Origin: Desulfobia sp. | GTDB lineage: Bacteria; Desulfobacterota; Desulfobulbia; Desulfobulbales; SURF-16 | Length of the DNA stretch: 64,000 nucleotides | Direction: 5' to 3' | NCBI GenBank assembly: GCA_046497465.1 | Contig: JAWOFO010000035.1 | Coordinates: forward strand, 1,074 to 65,073 | Shown here: one piece after another, positions 9,399-18,926 of the stretch | Numbering within the stretch: the first letter of the stretch is position 1 | How the letters are laid out: every line of letters starts with the position of its first letter | Notes under the pieces: model-generated | What the model was told of the DNA's origin: nothing | The model's database searches: none | What the model saw: the letters and a program-made list of their open reading frames with translations, nothing else | Position numbers and translations under genes: made by a program

Positions 9399-11030
9399 AT
9401 GAAAGGCACCAATTTTATCAAATGGCCGCTGGAGGTCAGTGCTTACGAGATATTGCACTCACTGCCGGATGCGGTATTTACCTGTGACCGACAGATGCGG
9501 ATCAATTACTTCAACATCAAGGCGACTGAGCTAACCGGTTTCAGGCCGATCGAAGCGCTCGGAATGTACTGTAAGGACATTTTGAAGTCTGGTATGTGTG
9601 AGACGGAATGCCTGGTCAAAAAGGCGCTTGATTCCAACCAGAATGTGTTTAATGTGGAAAGTTCCCTTACCAATGTAAACGGGGAAGAGAAGCATATCCT
9701 GGTCAACGCATCCCTGCTCGCGGACTCGTCCGGTGAAATTGTCGGCTATCTGCACGTATTCAGGGATATATCCCTGCTTAAAAGTGTAATGGTGGAGCTG
9801 GAGGATTCCCGAAACGAGTTGGTTCGCATAAACAAGCAGCTGGAAAAAGAGATCAATGAACGGAAACAGGCCGAGGAAGAGAGGAAGTCTCTGGAAGACC
9901 AGCTTCGGCAGGTACACAAGATGAAAGCCATCGGCACCCTTGCTGGAGGCGTTGCCCACGATTTTAACAACCTGCTTTCAGGAATTCTCGGCAGTGTTTC
10001 CTTGATGCTTCAGCATACAGACTCCCTTCATCCCGATTATAATATTTTAAAGAACATCGAGGACTATGTACAAAAGGGTTCGGACCTTACAAAACAACTG
10101 TTGGGTTTTGCAAGAGGGGGGAAATATGAAGTAAAGCCCGCTGATCTGAACAAACTTATCATGAAGTCCCTGGAGATGTTTGCCAGAACCAGGAAAGAGA
10201 TAATTATTCACACGGAATATCAAGAAAACTTATGGCTCGCAGAGGTTGATAAGGGGCAGCTCGAACAGGCCCTTTTAAATCTTTTCATAAATGCCTGGCA
10301 GGCGATGCCTTCAGGCGGGGACCTCTATATACAGACGGAAAATGTTATTCTTGATGAGAATTATATCAAGCCTTTTGAAGTAAAAACCGGCAAATATATA
10401 AAGATCTCCATCACTGACAACGGGATGGGGATGGACGAGGAAACCCAGCAAAGGATATTTGACCCGTTCTTTACTACAAAGAAGATGGGCAGGGGAACTG
10501 GTTTGGGATTGGCTTCGGTTTACGGCATCGTCAAGAATCATGACGGCCTTATCAATGTTTATAGTAAAGTGGACAAAGGAACTACGTTCACGATTTATCT
10601 TCCGGCCTCGGACCAAGAAGTTGCGGAGGAAACAGAGCTGTCTGCCAAACTGATACCGGGAGCGGGTACAGTACTGCTTGTTGACGATGAACAGATGATG
10701 ATTGATGTGGCCGAGAAAATGATTCAACATCTCGGGTTTACTGTTCTTGTTGCCCTATCCGGTGAAGAGGCAATCAATATTTATAAAGAAAACAAGGATA
10801 AAATTGATGTTGTTCTGCTGGATATGCTCATGCCCGGGATGGATGGGGGTGAGGTCTACGACAGACTCAAAGAAATCAATCCCGGAGTAAGGGCTCTTCT
10901 CTCAAGTGGATACAGCCTTAACGGTGAGGCACAGAATATACTGAGCCGTGGTTGTGACGGGTTTGTTCAAAAGCCTTACGGTATTGAAGAATTGTCGCAC
11001 AAACTCCATGAAGTAATGAATGAGAGATAA
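9399..11030 (+). CDS. Cytoplasmic PAS hybrid histidine kinase/receiver
   Basis: PAS, AGGVAHDFNNLL, NLFINA, DNGMG, GTGLGL, VDDE receiver; no TM segment. Confidence 0.92.
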   Translation: MKGTNFIKWPLEVSAYEILHSLPDAVFTCDRQMRINYFNIKATELTGFRPIEALGMYCKDILKSGMCETECLVKKALDSNQNVFNVESSLTNVNGEEKHILVNASLLADSSGEIVGYLHVFRDISLLKSVMVELEDSRNELVRINKQLEKEINERKQAEEERKSLEDQLRQVHKMKAIGTLAGGVAHDFNNLLSGILGSVSLMLQHTDSLHPDYNILKNIEDYVQKGSDLTKQLLGFARGGKYEVKPADLNKLIMKSLEMFARTRKEIIIHTEYQENLWLAEVDKGQLEQALLNLFINAWQAMPSGGDLYIQTENVILDENYIKPFEVKTGKYIKISITDNGMGMDEETQQRIFDPFFTTKKMGRGTGLGLASVYGIVKNHDGLINVYSKVDKGTTFTIYLPASDQEVAEETELSAKLIPGAGTVLLVDDEQMMIDVAEKMIQHLGFTVLVALSGEEAINIYKENKDKIDVVLLDMLMPGMDGGEVYDRLKEINPGVRALLSSGYSLNGEAQNILSRGCDGFVQKPYGIEELSHKLHEVMNER

Positions 11031-11103
11031 CATTCACCTTACCTGAATTCATGTTAATATTTATCTTGACATAGTAATTCTGAGCGGATTAATTTATTAC
11101 TGG

Positions 11104-11338
11104 CTCAATTTTTCGACTTAAAAAAACAGTATAATTTCATTCGGTTAGCATGCCCCTTCAGTAACGGCTTCGTGTTTGGGTGGCTCTAAGGCTCGCTTCA
11201 CTAAAATTTCAAAACTCGCTCGTTCCTCGCTCAAGCAGTTGAAATTTTAAACGTTTCGCTTCGCCAAGAGCCCCTGGCAAACACTGCGCAATGTTCCTGA
11301 ATGGGCTGCCAACCGCTAAACACCACTGCCTGGTTGAG
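11104..11338. mobile_element. MITE with internal long hairpin, 7-bp TSD
   Basis: CTCAA...TTGAG ends flanked by TTACTGG (11097-11103 and 11339-11345); internal nested inverted repeats. Confidence 0.65.
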
Positions 11339-11389
11339 TTACTGGCTATTACTATGTAAAAATCAACAGTGAAGTAAAGGAGGTATAAA

Positions 11390-11734
11390 ATGAAAAAGGT
11401 TGTTGTGGTGGGTTGTGGTTCATATATGGATAGCGGCTACGGCTGTCCTGGTGAGTGGAGATGCCTTAAGGCGGCAGCACTGGGTGAAGGAAAGTTTGAT
11501 GAACCTTGTCAGGTTGTCTCCCTGGTAAAATGTCAATGTCCGGCCAGGTCTACAGTGGCAAATGTCGGCATGGCCTTGAAGCTTTTGGAGATCAAGCCGG
11601 ACAGGATTTATTTATCCTCCTGTCTGGCAAACGCCAAACCGGCTTGTCCGTATAACGATGCCGAAGAACTCGCTAAGATGTTGGAGGCAAAAACCGGTAT
11701 TGATGTTGTACTCGGGACCCACGATTACCAATAG
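11390..11734 (+). CDS. CGGC-domain protein
   Basis: GCPGEWRCLKAA, CQCP, SSC..CPY, VLGTHDY; AGGAGG RBS. Confidence 0.85.
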   Translation: MKKVVVVGCGSYMDSGYGCPGEWRCLKAAALGEGKFDEPCQVVSLVKCQCPARSTVANVGMALKLLEIKPDRIYLSSCLANAKPACPYNDAEELAKMLEAKTGIDVVLGTHDYQ

Positions 11735-11860
11735 TTCAACTTTCCGGATTGATTTATCTATATGATATAACGTATAAATTTTTTAGTAAGGCATGGGTAC
11801 TTTACGGTTGGCATGTTGATTCAGGAACGGCTATACCAACCGTCTGAAATCATAAATAGT
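11735..11860 (+). repeat. Partial copy of TCAACTTTCCG MITE family
   Basis: TTCAACTTTCCGGATTGATTTATCTATATGATATAACG nearly identical to the 13816 copy. Confidence 0.8.
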
Positions 11861-11868
11861 TTTCTCAG

Positions 11869-13719
11869 TTAATTTCCCAGTACTCCTCTGATAAAATCAT
11901 TGACCACTTCTTCCGGGCTAGCTTGTTTCTCTGAATCACCCTTTTCCTGCTTATCCTGATCGGAGACTCTGTCAATTTCCTTACCGGCCCTGTCCTTGAT
12001 CGTGTCTGCCAGCCTCTCTTCGATTTTCTGATGGGCGGCAGCAGTATATGGAGAGACCTCGGGACTGGTGAGACTGCCGGTCAGGTAAAGTTTGAATTTT
12101 GCCGCTCCATCTTTCTGCACCATGTATTTGCTTAAAGATGTTTTTAATTCCAGTCTGCTGGACAACTCCGGAGCAAAATTAAGCTCCAGGGGCGCGGCCA
12201 GTTCACCATCCAGCCCGATTATCCCCTCACTGTCAATACCTAACTGTTCACTGTCTAAAGAAGCCCTAAACAGGACGTCTCCGTTTTTTATCCGAAAATT
12301 ACCGCTTAATTCTTCATAATAGATATCTTCGAGTCTTTTTTCCTGAAACAAGGTGGCAATAGCGGCAAGGATTTCCACCTGATGGATCCTGCCCTCCAGA
12401 AGTTTATAGGTTCCCTGGCCATTCAGGGCGTCAGCTAAGGCAGGCCATTGAAAGCCGGTTCCGTGAAAACCAAAGTCTACGGTCAGGTTTCCGGAAATAC
12501 GTTCTCCGGTCTTCGGAAAAAGGCCTCTCTGCAAGGGGGCGAGCTGCATCCCCCGGATGGCAAGAGTCACGTTATAATCAGGCTCAAGTTTATCCAGATC
12601 AACAGCAGCTTGACCGGCAATCCGCCCTTCCGCGGTATAAGCTGAAAGATCGTTCAGGTACAACATATTGCGGCGCAGCTCATAATCAAGCCGAAGATCG
12701 TTGATCCAGAGATTACTGTATTCTGCTTTGGTCACCCTGACCTCTCCTTGGGCCTTGATCCCTTCAGGCAGTCCTGCCCCTATGGATTGACCGATGTTTT
12801 TATCAGCTCGATTGCCGCCATTGCTCCTGTCGGCTACTTTATCTTTCTTTTTATCAACAGACCCCAAATCTGCCAAAAAGCAATCGAGATTCAGAGAACG
12901 GCTGTCCAAATTACAGGTGATATCCGGAGACACCAGATAGTCTTTGACTGTACCATACAGGCACATCTTCTGACCTCCGGCTTCTGACCTCTGGTCCTCC
13001 ACCTGGAGATCGAAACTGAAATCAGCCTTATTCCGATCAAAACTGATACCGCCTTCCAGGGCGGTTTCAACAGCTTCACAAAGGACCTCGGCACTTATAT
13101 CCAACCTGCCCCTGTATTCCAGGGATGCCAGATCCCGGCCGGCTGCCAGACTGACACTGCAATCAGCAGCAGCCGTAACCGCCGGAATCTCTTTAAGTTC
13201 ATCGCGCACAATTAAATCAGCCCTGTTTATTCTTATTTCGCTTACGGCCAAAGCAAAGGGAAAGGCCGCGTCTGCTGAGCCGGGAGAAGATTCAATGCTT
13301 CCGGTTTTCTTTTCTGCCACAGTGGATGTCAATGGTTTCAGGGTCTCAAAATTAAATTTACCACTGGCATAACGAACCACCTTTATTCGCGGTTTGCTCA
13401 AGACAACCTGGCTTATTTTTAATTTTTTCTTTAAAAGCGGTAGGAGGTCATAGCTGAGATTAAAACTCTCTGCCTTTATAAATTCATCCTGTCCATCAGC
13501 TTCCATGATTGCAAAGTTTTTAAGGGTTAACCCTTTCCACAGGCTGATCTGAATATCCCCAAGCCTGACCTCTCTGGCCAAGGCGTTTTCCATCTTGGGA
13601 ACTACCAGTTCCTTGATACGTTTATCAGTCAGGTAATAATGGACAAAAACTGACAGGCCTGCTGTTATTAATAAAATAACGCCAATAATTGCGGCCAGTA
13701 TCTTAAATACCGTCTTCAT
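11869..13719 (-). CDS. AsmA-family protein
   Basis: N-terminal TM, beta-rich body, GKFNF, LTGSLTSPEV. Confidence 0.82.
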   Translation of the reverse strand: MKTVFKILAAIIGVILLITAGLSVFVHYYLTDKRIKELVVPKMENALAREVRLGDIQISLWKGLTLKNFAIMEADGQDEFIKAESFNLSYDLLPLLKKKLKISQVVLSKPRIKVVRYASGKFNFETLKPLTSTVAEKKTGSIESSPGSADAAFPFALAVSEIRINRADLIVRDELKEIPAVTAAADCSVSLAAGRDLASLEYRGRLDISAEVLCEAVETALEGGISFDRNKADFSFDLQVEDQRSEAGGQKMCLYGTVKDYLVSPDITCNLDSRSLNLDCFLADLGSVDKKKDKVADRSNGGNRADKNIGQSIGAGLPEGIKAQGEVRVTKAEYSNLWINDLRLDYELRRNMLYLNDLSAYTAEGRIAGQAAVDLDKLEPDYNVTLAIRGMQLAPLQRGLFPKTGERISGNLTVDFGFHGTGFQWPALADALNGQGTYKLLEGRIHQVEILAAIATLFQEKRLEDIYYEELSGNFRIKNGDVLFRASLDSEQLGIDSEGIIGLDGELAAPLELNFAPELSSRLELKTSLSKYMVQKDGAAKFKLYLTGSLTSPEVSPYTAAAHQKIEERLADTIKDRAGKEIDRVSDQDKQEKGDSEKQASPEEVVNDFIRGVLGN

Positions 13720-13815
13720 AAAGTTCAGAGTTCAGAGGTTACCGCAAGAAACAGCTCTGCGTGGAGACCACTCTTTTGGTTGCTTGATTTCGATTTCAGG
13801 ACTAAAGGTTTAAAG

Positions 13816-13897
13816 TTCAACTTTCCGGATCGATTTATTTATATGATATAACGTGCAAATTTTTTAGTGAGGCAGGGGTGCTTGTCGGAAAATTGAT
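13816..13897. mobile_element. 82-bp MITE with perfect 7-bp TSD
   Basis: TIR TTCAACTTTCCG/CGGAAAATTGAT flanked by TTTAAAG on both sides. Confidence 0.8.
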
Positions 13898-13904
13898 TTT
13901 AAAG

Positions 13905-16900
13905 CTAAGGAAGTCTTTTAATACAGCTTATCACTTCCCTCCATTTTCTTTCAAGCCTTTTTTCAGAGACCGGGAATTCAGTCTTAACTTCCGGCGCGAA
14001 CACAGACAGTTTATACTCTTCCACCATTCTACGGTAATCTTCGATTATCTGACGCTGCTCATGGTCTATCTGGTCACCGGCCGGGCAGGAAGAAAGACGT
14101 TCCAGATAAGGGGTAAGACGTTCCTCCTTGGCCTTATCCTTAAGCGGATCCTGGATCTTTCTTTTCAATCTTATTTTCAGGGCCTTGAGATAACGGGAAA
14201 GATTATCCAAATCCTGAATAGTTATACTTTCCAGAAAACCAGGAGATAAAAATCCGGCCACCTGATTGCGAAACTTCTCCGCCACCTTACCATCTATAGA
14301 GCGCTCTTTTTTTTCTGCCTCTCTTATAAAATCAAGGACTGAACAGCGCTCTCTTAGGAGTTCCACTACCTGTCTCCTTATATCCTGGCCCATGGCATAA
14401 AGGCCATACTCTCTCACCTGTTGAACTTTCTCCTGAAATTCCTGCTTACCAGGTATAACACCCGGCCAGACCTGAAAAATCTCGCCCATTATAAAATCCA
14501 GTAATTGGCGATTAAAATCCTCATGAGTACCAATTCCCTGATAAAGAGCCCAGTAAGCCCTGGGAATAATAAGATCTTTTTCCGCTGCTTTCCATTGCTT
14601 TGCAAAACGGCGGCGATAAAGGGTCAGCAGGCCTTTGCGGGTCTGGGCACATCTTTCGCTTTCGCTGGCAAAAAGTCTTAAAGCCACCGTATCATCCGGT
14701 CCCGGTTTAAGCCCGGGCCAGGCAAAACCGGTAAATTCGCCTTTTTTATTTTTGACAGGAATAGATTCTGGAATGTCTTCGAAATTCCAGCCGGTAATCC
14801 CTGTTCTCTCCCATCTTTCCCTGAGCTTTTCCAAGCCCTCCGGCGTACTTTCTGCAGAAACCAGGGATGAAACAAGCTTACCGAGTTCTTTCCCTTCCGC
14901 CACCACCCGCTGTTTTTCGTCAACCAGGGCAAAATTCATTCTGAGATGAGCGGGCAGCAAATCAAGATCCCACTGGCCTCTATCCACTTTCAGCCGGAAA
15001 TATCGTAAGAGCAGATCCTCTAATTGCTGAAAAAAGGAGCCCTGACCTACAGCCATGGCCTCCATCAATTCCCGGGCAGTTTCCGGTATGGGGACCAGCT
15101 GTCTGCGGAGATTTTTGGGCAGTCCTTTGAGAAGGAAAGTTATCTTTTCCAGGAGAAGACCGGGAACCAGCCATTCAAAATCATCCCGGCGGAGATGCCC
15201 GGAGAGGGTGACAGGGACGCGTACCGTAATTCCATCATTTTCACTGCCTGGCTCAAAAGTGTAGGAAAGAGGCAGAGTAAAGCCGGCGCTCTCTGTGGTT
15301 TCAGGGTAATTCTCCAGTGCTGCGGACTCCGGAGACGTATTGATAATATCTTCCTCTTTCATAAAGAGAAATTGATCCGTCCCCTTCTTTTTCAGATAGC
15401 GGTTCAGGCCGGCCCGGTCTGCAATACCAGGGGGGATTCTTTGTTCATAGAAATTGAATAGAGTATAATCATCAACTATTATATCCCGGCGCCGCATCCT
15501 TTCTTCCAGCTCTGACAGATCCCTGATCAGGGCCAAATTATGTTTCAGGAACTTCTTGGGCCTTCCTCCAAGCTGCCCTTTCACCAAGGCAGCCTGTATA
15601 AAGATCTCCCTGGCCTCTTGCGGTTTTATTCGGCTGTAGTTAATCCGGCGGCCACTGACAATAGGCAGGCCAAACAGGGTGACTTTCTCCAGACCGCTAA
15701 CCTGTCCTCTCTTTTTTTCCCAACGGGGGGAGGAGTAGCTTGACCGGCAGAGACTGCCCGCCAGAGGTTCCAGCCATTCCACTTTTATAGACGCCACAGT
15801 ATGGGCAAAGAGACGGGAAGTCTCTACCAGCTCGCCGGCCATTATCCATTGTCCACCCTGACCAAACTGGCCGGAACCTGGAAATATCATAAATTCCTTG
15901 CCCCCGGCGCCCTGGTAGATGTTTTTTTCTCTCTTTAATCCGATGTTCCGGAGATTGCCGCTTAAAATCGCCTTATGAATGGCCTCGTAGCCCTGGTTCT
16001 CATAATCAAGCGGCAGTTCCCGGTAAGAAAACTTACAGCTTTGCCGGCCGGAAACAGAAACCGGATCAAGGCAGGATGTCTTTAAATAAGGATGCTTTAT
16101 TCCCTTTTTCCTTTTGCCTCCCTGGCCGGCCAGGTTGGCCCAGATCTGTTCGTGGATCTCCCGCCATTCCCTCATTCTCTGGAAAGACAGGAAATTCTGC
16201 TTACAGAATCTGCCGAGCCGGCCCTTACTGCAGCCTTCCCCAACCAGGGCCTGAAATCTGTCCCAGAGATGGAGCCAGCTAATAAAATCCGAAACGGGTG
16301 AGGCAAACCCCTTATGGATCTCATCCGCCTGCCCTGCCTGTTCAGCCGGTCTTACCCTGGGATCCTGGATACTTAAGGCGGCAGCGATGATAACAACTTC
16401 CCTCAGGCAGTTACTGGACCTTGCCTCTATGATCATCCGGCTTATCCGGGGGTCAAGAGGCAGGGCAGCCATAACCCTGCCTCTCCTGGTAAGTTTCCTC
16501 TTCTCTGTTATAGCCCCGAGCTCCTGCAGCGACTTATAACCGTCATTTATGGATCTGGCTGAAGGACAGTCAATAAAGGGAAATTTCCGTGGATCACCCA
16601 ACCGCAGATCAATCATACGTAAAATAACTTCTGCCAAATTGGCCCGCAAAATTTCCGGAGCTATAAATTCGTCTCTTTTCCAGTAATCCTCTTCTGAATA
16701 AAGCCTGAGACATAAGCCGGGACCGACCCGTCCGCAGCGTCCTGCCCTTTGATCACAGCTGGCCCGCGAGATACGGCGGACCGGGAGCTTGGTTGTTCTG
16801 GCCCCGGGATTGTAGGAGGCTATCCGGGCCAGACCAGTATCCACAACGTAACGGATACCCGGCACCGTTATCGAGGTTTCAGCTACATTAGTGGCCACTA

Positions 16901-17780
16901 CAATTTTCCGGACCGGGCTCTGCCTGAATATCCTGTTCTGTTCTGCGCCGCTGAGGCGGCCGAAAAGGTGGAGTATAAGCGGATTTTCATCTCTTTTTAG
17001 CTGTCCGTGGCCCCGGCCCTGAATACTTTTGCTAAGGAGTTTTACAGTCTCTTTGATGTCTTTTTCAGTGGGCATAAAGACCAGGATATCTCCAGGTGCT
17101 TCAAAGTTACAGATATTAAATACCGCCTTTACCGTCTGCTCCACATAATCCTCATCTTCAGGGCCTTCGGCCTCGTTTTTTTCGAAATAACGGATTTCAA
17201 CCGGATAGCTCCGGCCACTTACCTCTATTACAGAAGCCTTATCAAAGGCTAGGGAGAACTTCTCGGTATCAATGGTAGCGGAAGTTATAATAATCTTGAG
17301 ATCAGGACGCTTATATTTCAGTCTTTTCAGAATTCCCAACAGAAAATCTATATTAAGACTACGCTCATGGGCCTCATCAATTATAATGGTATCATAAGCG
17401 TAGAGCCCGGGGTCTCCGGAAATTTCAGACAAAAGAATACCATCGGTCATAAACTTGATTCTGGTATTGGAACCTGTCTGATCGCGAAAACGTATCTTAT
17501 AATCAACCCCGGCCGGAAAACCTTCCCCCAGCTCCTCCCTGACTCTTGCAGCTACTGAAGTGGCAGCCAGACGGCGGGGCTGGGTGCAGCCGATCATACC
17601 TTTCTGCCCTCTTCCTGCTTCCAGGCACATTTTGGCTAATTGGGTGGTTTTCCCGGAGCCGGTATCCCCGGCCACAATAACCACCTGATTCTCTCTTACA
17701 GCGCTGATGATACGTTCCCTCTCCTCCACTACCGGCAGGCGGGAGGGATAGGAAGCTTTTAATGTTTTTAATAAATCCAT
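13905..17780 (-). CDS. hrpA: ATP-dependent RNA helicase HrpA
   Basis: GDTGSGKT, TQPRR, DEAH, SAT, QRAGRCGR, long HrpA-type C-terminus. Confidence 0.95.
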   Translation of the reverse strand: MDLLKTLKASYPSRLPVVEERERIISAVRENQVVIVAGDTGSGKTTQLAKMCLEAGRGQKGMIGCTQPRRLAATSVAARVREELGEGFPAGVDYKIRFRDQTGSNTRIKFMTDGILLSEISGDPGLYAYDTIIIDEAHERSLNIDFLLGILKRLKYKRPDLKIIITSATIDTEKFSLAFDKASVIEVSGRSYPVEIRYFEKNEAEGPEDEDYVEQTVKAVFNICNFEAPGDILVFMPTEKDIKETVKLLSKSIQGRGHGQLKRDENPLILHLFGRLSGAEQNRIFRQSPVRKIVVATNVAETSITVPGIRYVVDTGLARIASYNPGARTTKLPVRRISRASCDQRAGRCGRVGPGLCLRLYSEEDYWKRDEFIAPEILRANLAEVILRMIDLRLGDPRKFPFIDCPSARSINDGYKSLQELGAITEKRKLTRRGRVMAALPLDPRISRMIIEARSSNCLREVVIIAAALSIQDPRVRPAEQAGQADEIHKGFASPVSDFISWLHLWDRFQALVGEGCSKGRLGRFCKQNFLSFQRMREWREIHEQIWANLAGQGGKRKKGIKHPYLKTSCLDPVSVSGRQSCKFSYRELPLDYENQGYEAIHKAILSGNLRNIGLKREKNIYQGAGGKEFMIFPGSGQFGQGGQWIMAGELVETSRLFAHTVASIKVEWLEPLAGSLCRSSYSSPRWEKKRGQVSGLEKVTLFGLPIVSGRRINYSRIKPQEAREIFIQAALVKGQLGGRPKKFLKHNLALIRDLSELEERMRRRDIIVDDYTLFNFYEQRIPPGIADRAGLNRYLKKKGTDQFLFMKEEDIINTSPESAALENYPETTESAGFTLPLSYTFEPGSENDGITVRVPVTLSGHLRRDDFEWLVPGLLLEKITFLLKGLPKNLRRQLVPIPETARELMEAMAVGQGSFFQQLEDLLLRYFRLKVDRGQWDLDLLPAHLRMNFALVDEKQRVVAEGKELGKLVSSLVSAESTPEGLEKLRERWERTGITGWNFEDIPESIPVKNKKGEFTGFAWPGLKPGPDDTVALRLFASESERCAQTRKGLLTLYRRRFAKQWKAAEKDLIIPRAYWALYQGIGTHEDFNRQLLDFIMGEIFQVWPGVIPGKQEFQEKVQQVREYGLYAMGQDIRRQVVELLRERCSVLDFIREAEKKERSIDGKVAEKFRNQVAGFLSPGFLESITIQDLDNLSRYLKALKIRLKRKIQDPLKDKAKEERLTPYLERLSSCPAGDQIDHEQRQIIEDYRRMVEEYKLSVFAPEVKTEFPVSEKRLERKWREVISCIKRLP

Positions 17781-17929
17781 TTACAGACCTGTTATTGACA
17801 GAACAGATGATTTCAAGGCTTATGACAGACAAATTAAACTGCGATTATTGACATATCAGCTAAAATACTGGTACTATCTACAGGCTGTAAAGTGTTGCCT
17901 GTCCCCTTAAACAAAAAAACTAACAGACA

Positions 17930-18319
17930 ATGATAGTACGCCTGCTGCCGGCACTTATCGTCATGGCCACTATATTTTTTCTTTCTCATCTGCCGGGAGA
18001 TAGTCTTGATTTCAATCACCCCAAAGGAACTGATAAAGTATACCATGCTATTGCCTTTGGCTTACTGGCCTTGAGCGGTATCTATGTCGTAAAATCCGAC
18101 ATCGACAACCGGAAAATACCCTTGCTTAGAGGCCTGGCTATTATTATTTTTTGTCTTATATATGGCGTAAGTGATGAATTCCATCAATCTTTTATAAGGG
18201 AACGTTTTTTCGACTGGCGTGATCTGGCGGCTGACACCCTGGGTGCTCTGCTGATAATACTCTGCTGGTGGATCTTTCATTATTACAGAATGAAAAATTT
18301 AAAAAAGCTATATACATAG
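17930..18319 (+). CDS. VanZ-family membrane protein
   Basis: DKVYH, YGVSDEFHQSFI, DLAADTLG. Confidence 0.88.
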   Translation: MIVRLLPALIVMATIFFLSHLPGDSLDFNHPKGTDKVYHAIAFGLLALSGIYVVKSDIDNRKIPLLRGLAIIIFCLIYGVSDEFHQSFIRERFFDWRDLAADTLGALLIILCWWIFHYYRMKNLKKLYT

Positions 18320-18334
18320 AGGAGATAAAATATA

Positions 18335-18565
18335 ATGCCGATCTATGAATTTCAATGTCAGAAATGTAAAAAAATTTTTGAAACCCTGTTGCTCAGTTCC
18401 TCGCCAGAGGCAAAGGCAAAAATCAGGTGTCCGGACTGTTCCAGCCGGGAGGTAAAAAAAGCAATTTCAGCTACAAACATTGGATCTTCATCCGCTTCTC
18501 CCTCCTTATCCGGGATGCCGTCAATTGGGAACTGTAATCCAGGCTCTGGTTTTTCCTGAGCCTAA
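18335..18565 (+). CDS. FmdB-family zinc-ribbon protein, probably ending in Sec-Ala (ends at 18559 if UGA is a stop)
   Basis: MPIYEFQCQKC..CPDCSS; TGA GCC TAA followed by SECIS-like hairpin. Confidence 0.85.
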
Positions 18566-18572
18566 AAACATA

Positions 18573-18589
18573 CCGGCCGGTCCGGCCGG
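18573..18589 (+). promoter_or_regulatory. Candidate bacterial SECIS element
   Basis: CCGGCC-GGTCC-GGCCGG; loop starts 19 nt after UGA and carries GGUC as in the fdhF SECIS. Confidence 0.55.
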
Positions 18590-18926
18590 ATAACTGTAAA
18601 AACAGAAAGACTGATTTTTTATTTTTTTCGGTAATTTTTTCGGTAATCGTAGTCCCTATACAGACATTATACTAGGCCACCTTGAACACTGGCTGGAGGA
18701 TGATCCCGAAATCATCGCCCTGATCAACAGGCTGCCTCCCATCAAACGGAAAAACATCTGCGCGCAATAGCCGTAATATTTTTTGCCTTTTTCACATAGA
18801 CATAGAGCAATACATATATATATATAACTGGTCGTTTATTGTGGAGCTATATCTGCGCTGCCCGGCTGCTGCCTTTTTTAAAGAAGAAAACGTAAGCCCG
18901 TTTTTTCGGGTTCAGGTCCTAATGAT

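Noticed and set aside
18670-18770. Protein-like fragment GHLEHWLEDDPEIIALINRLPPIKRK
   Set aside because: Possibly a gene relic, but it has no start and I cannot assign a family.
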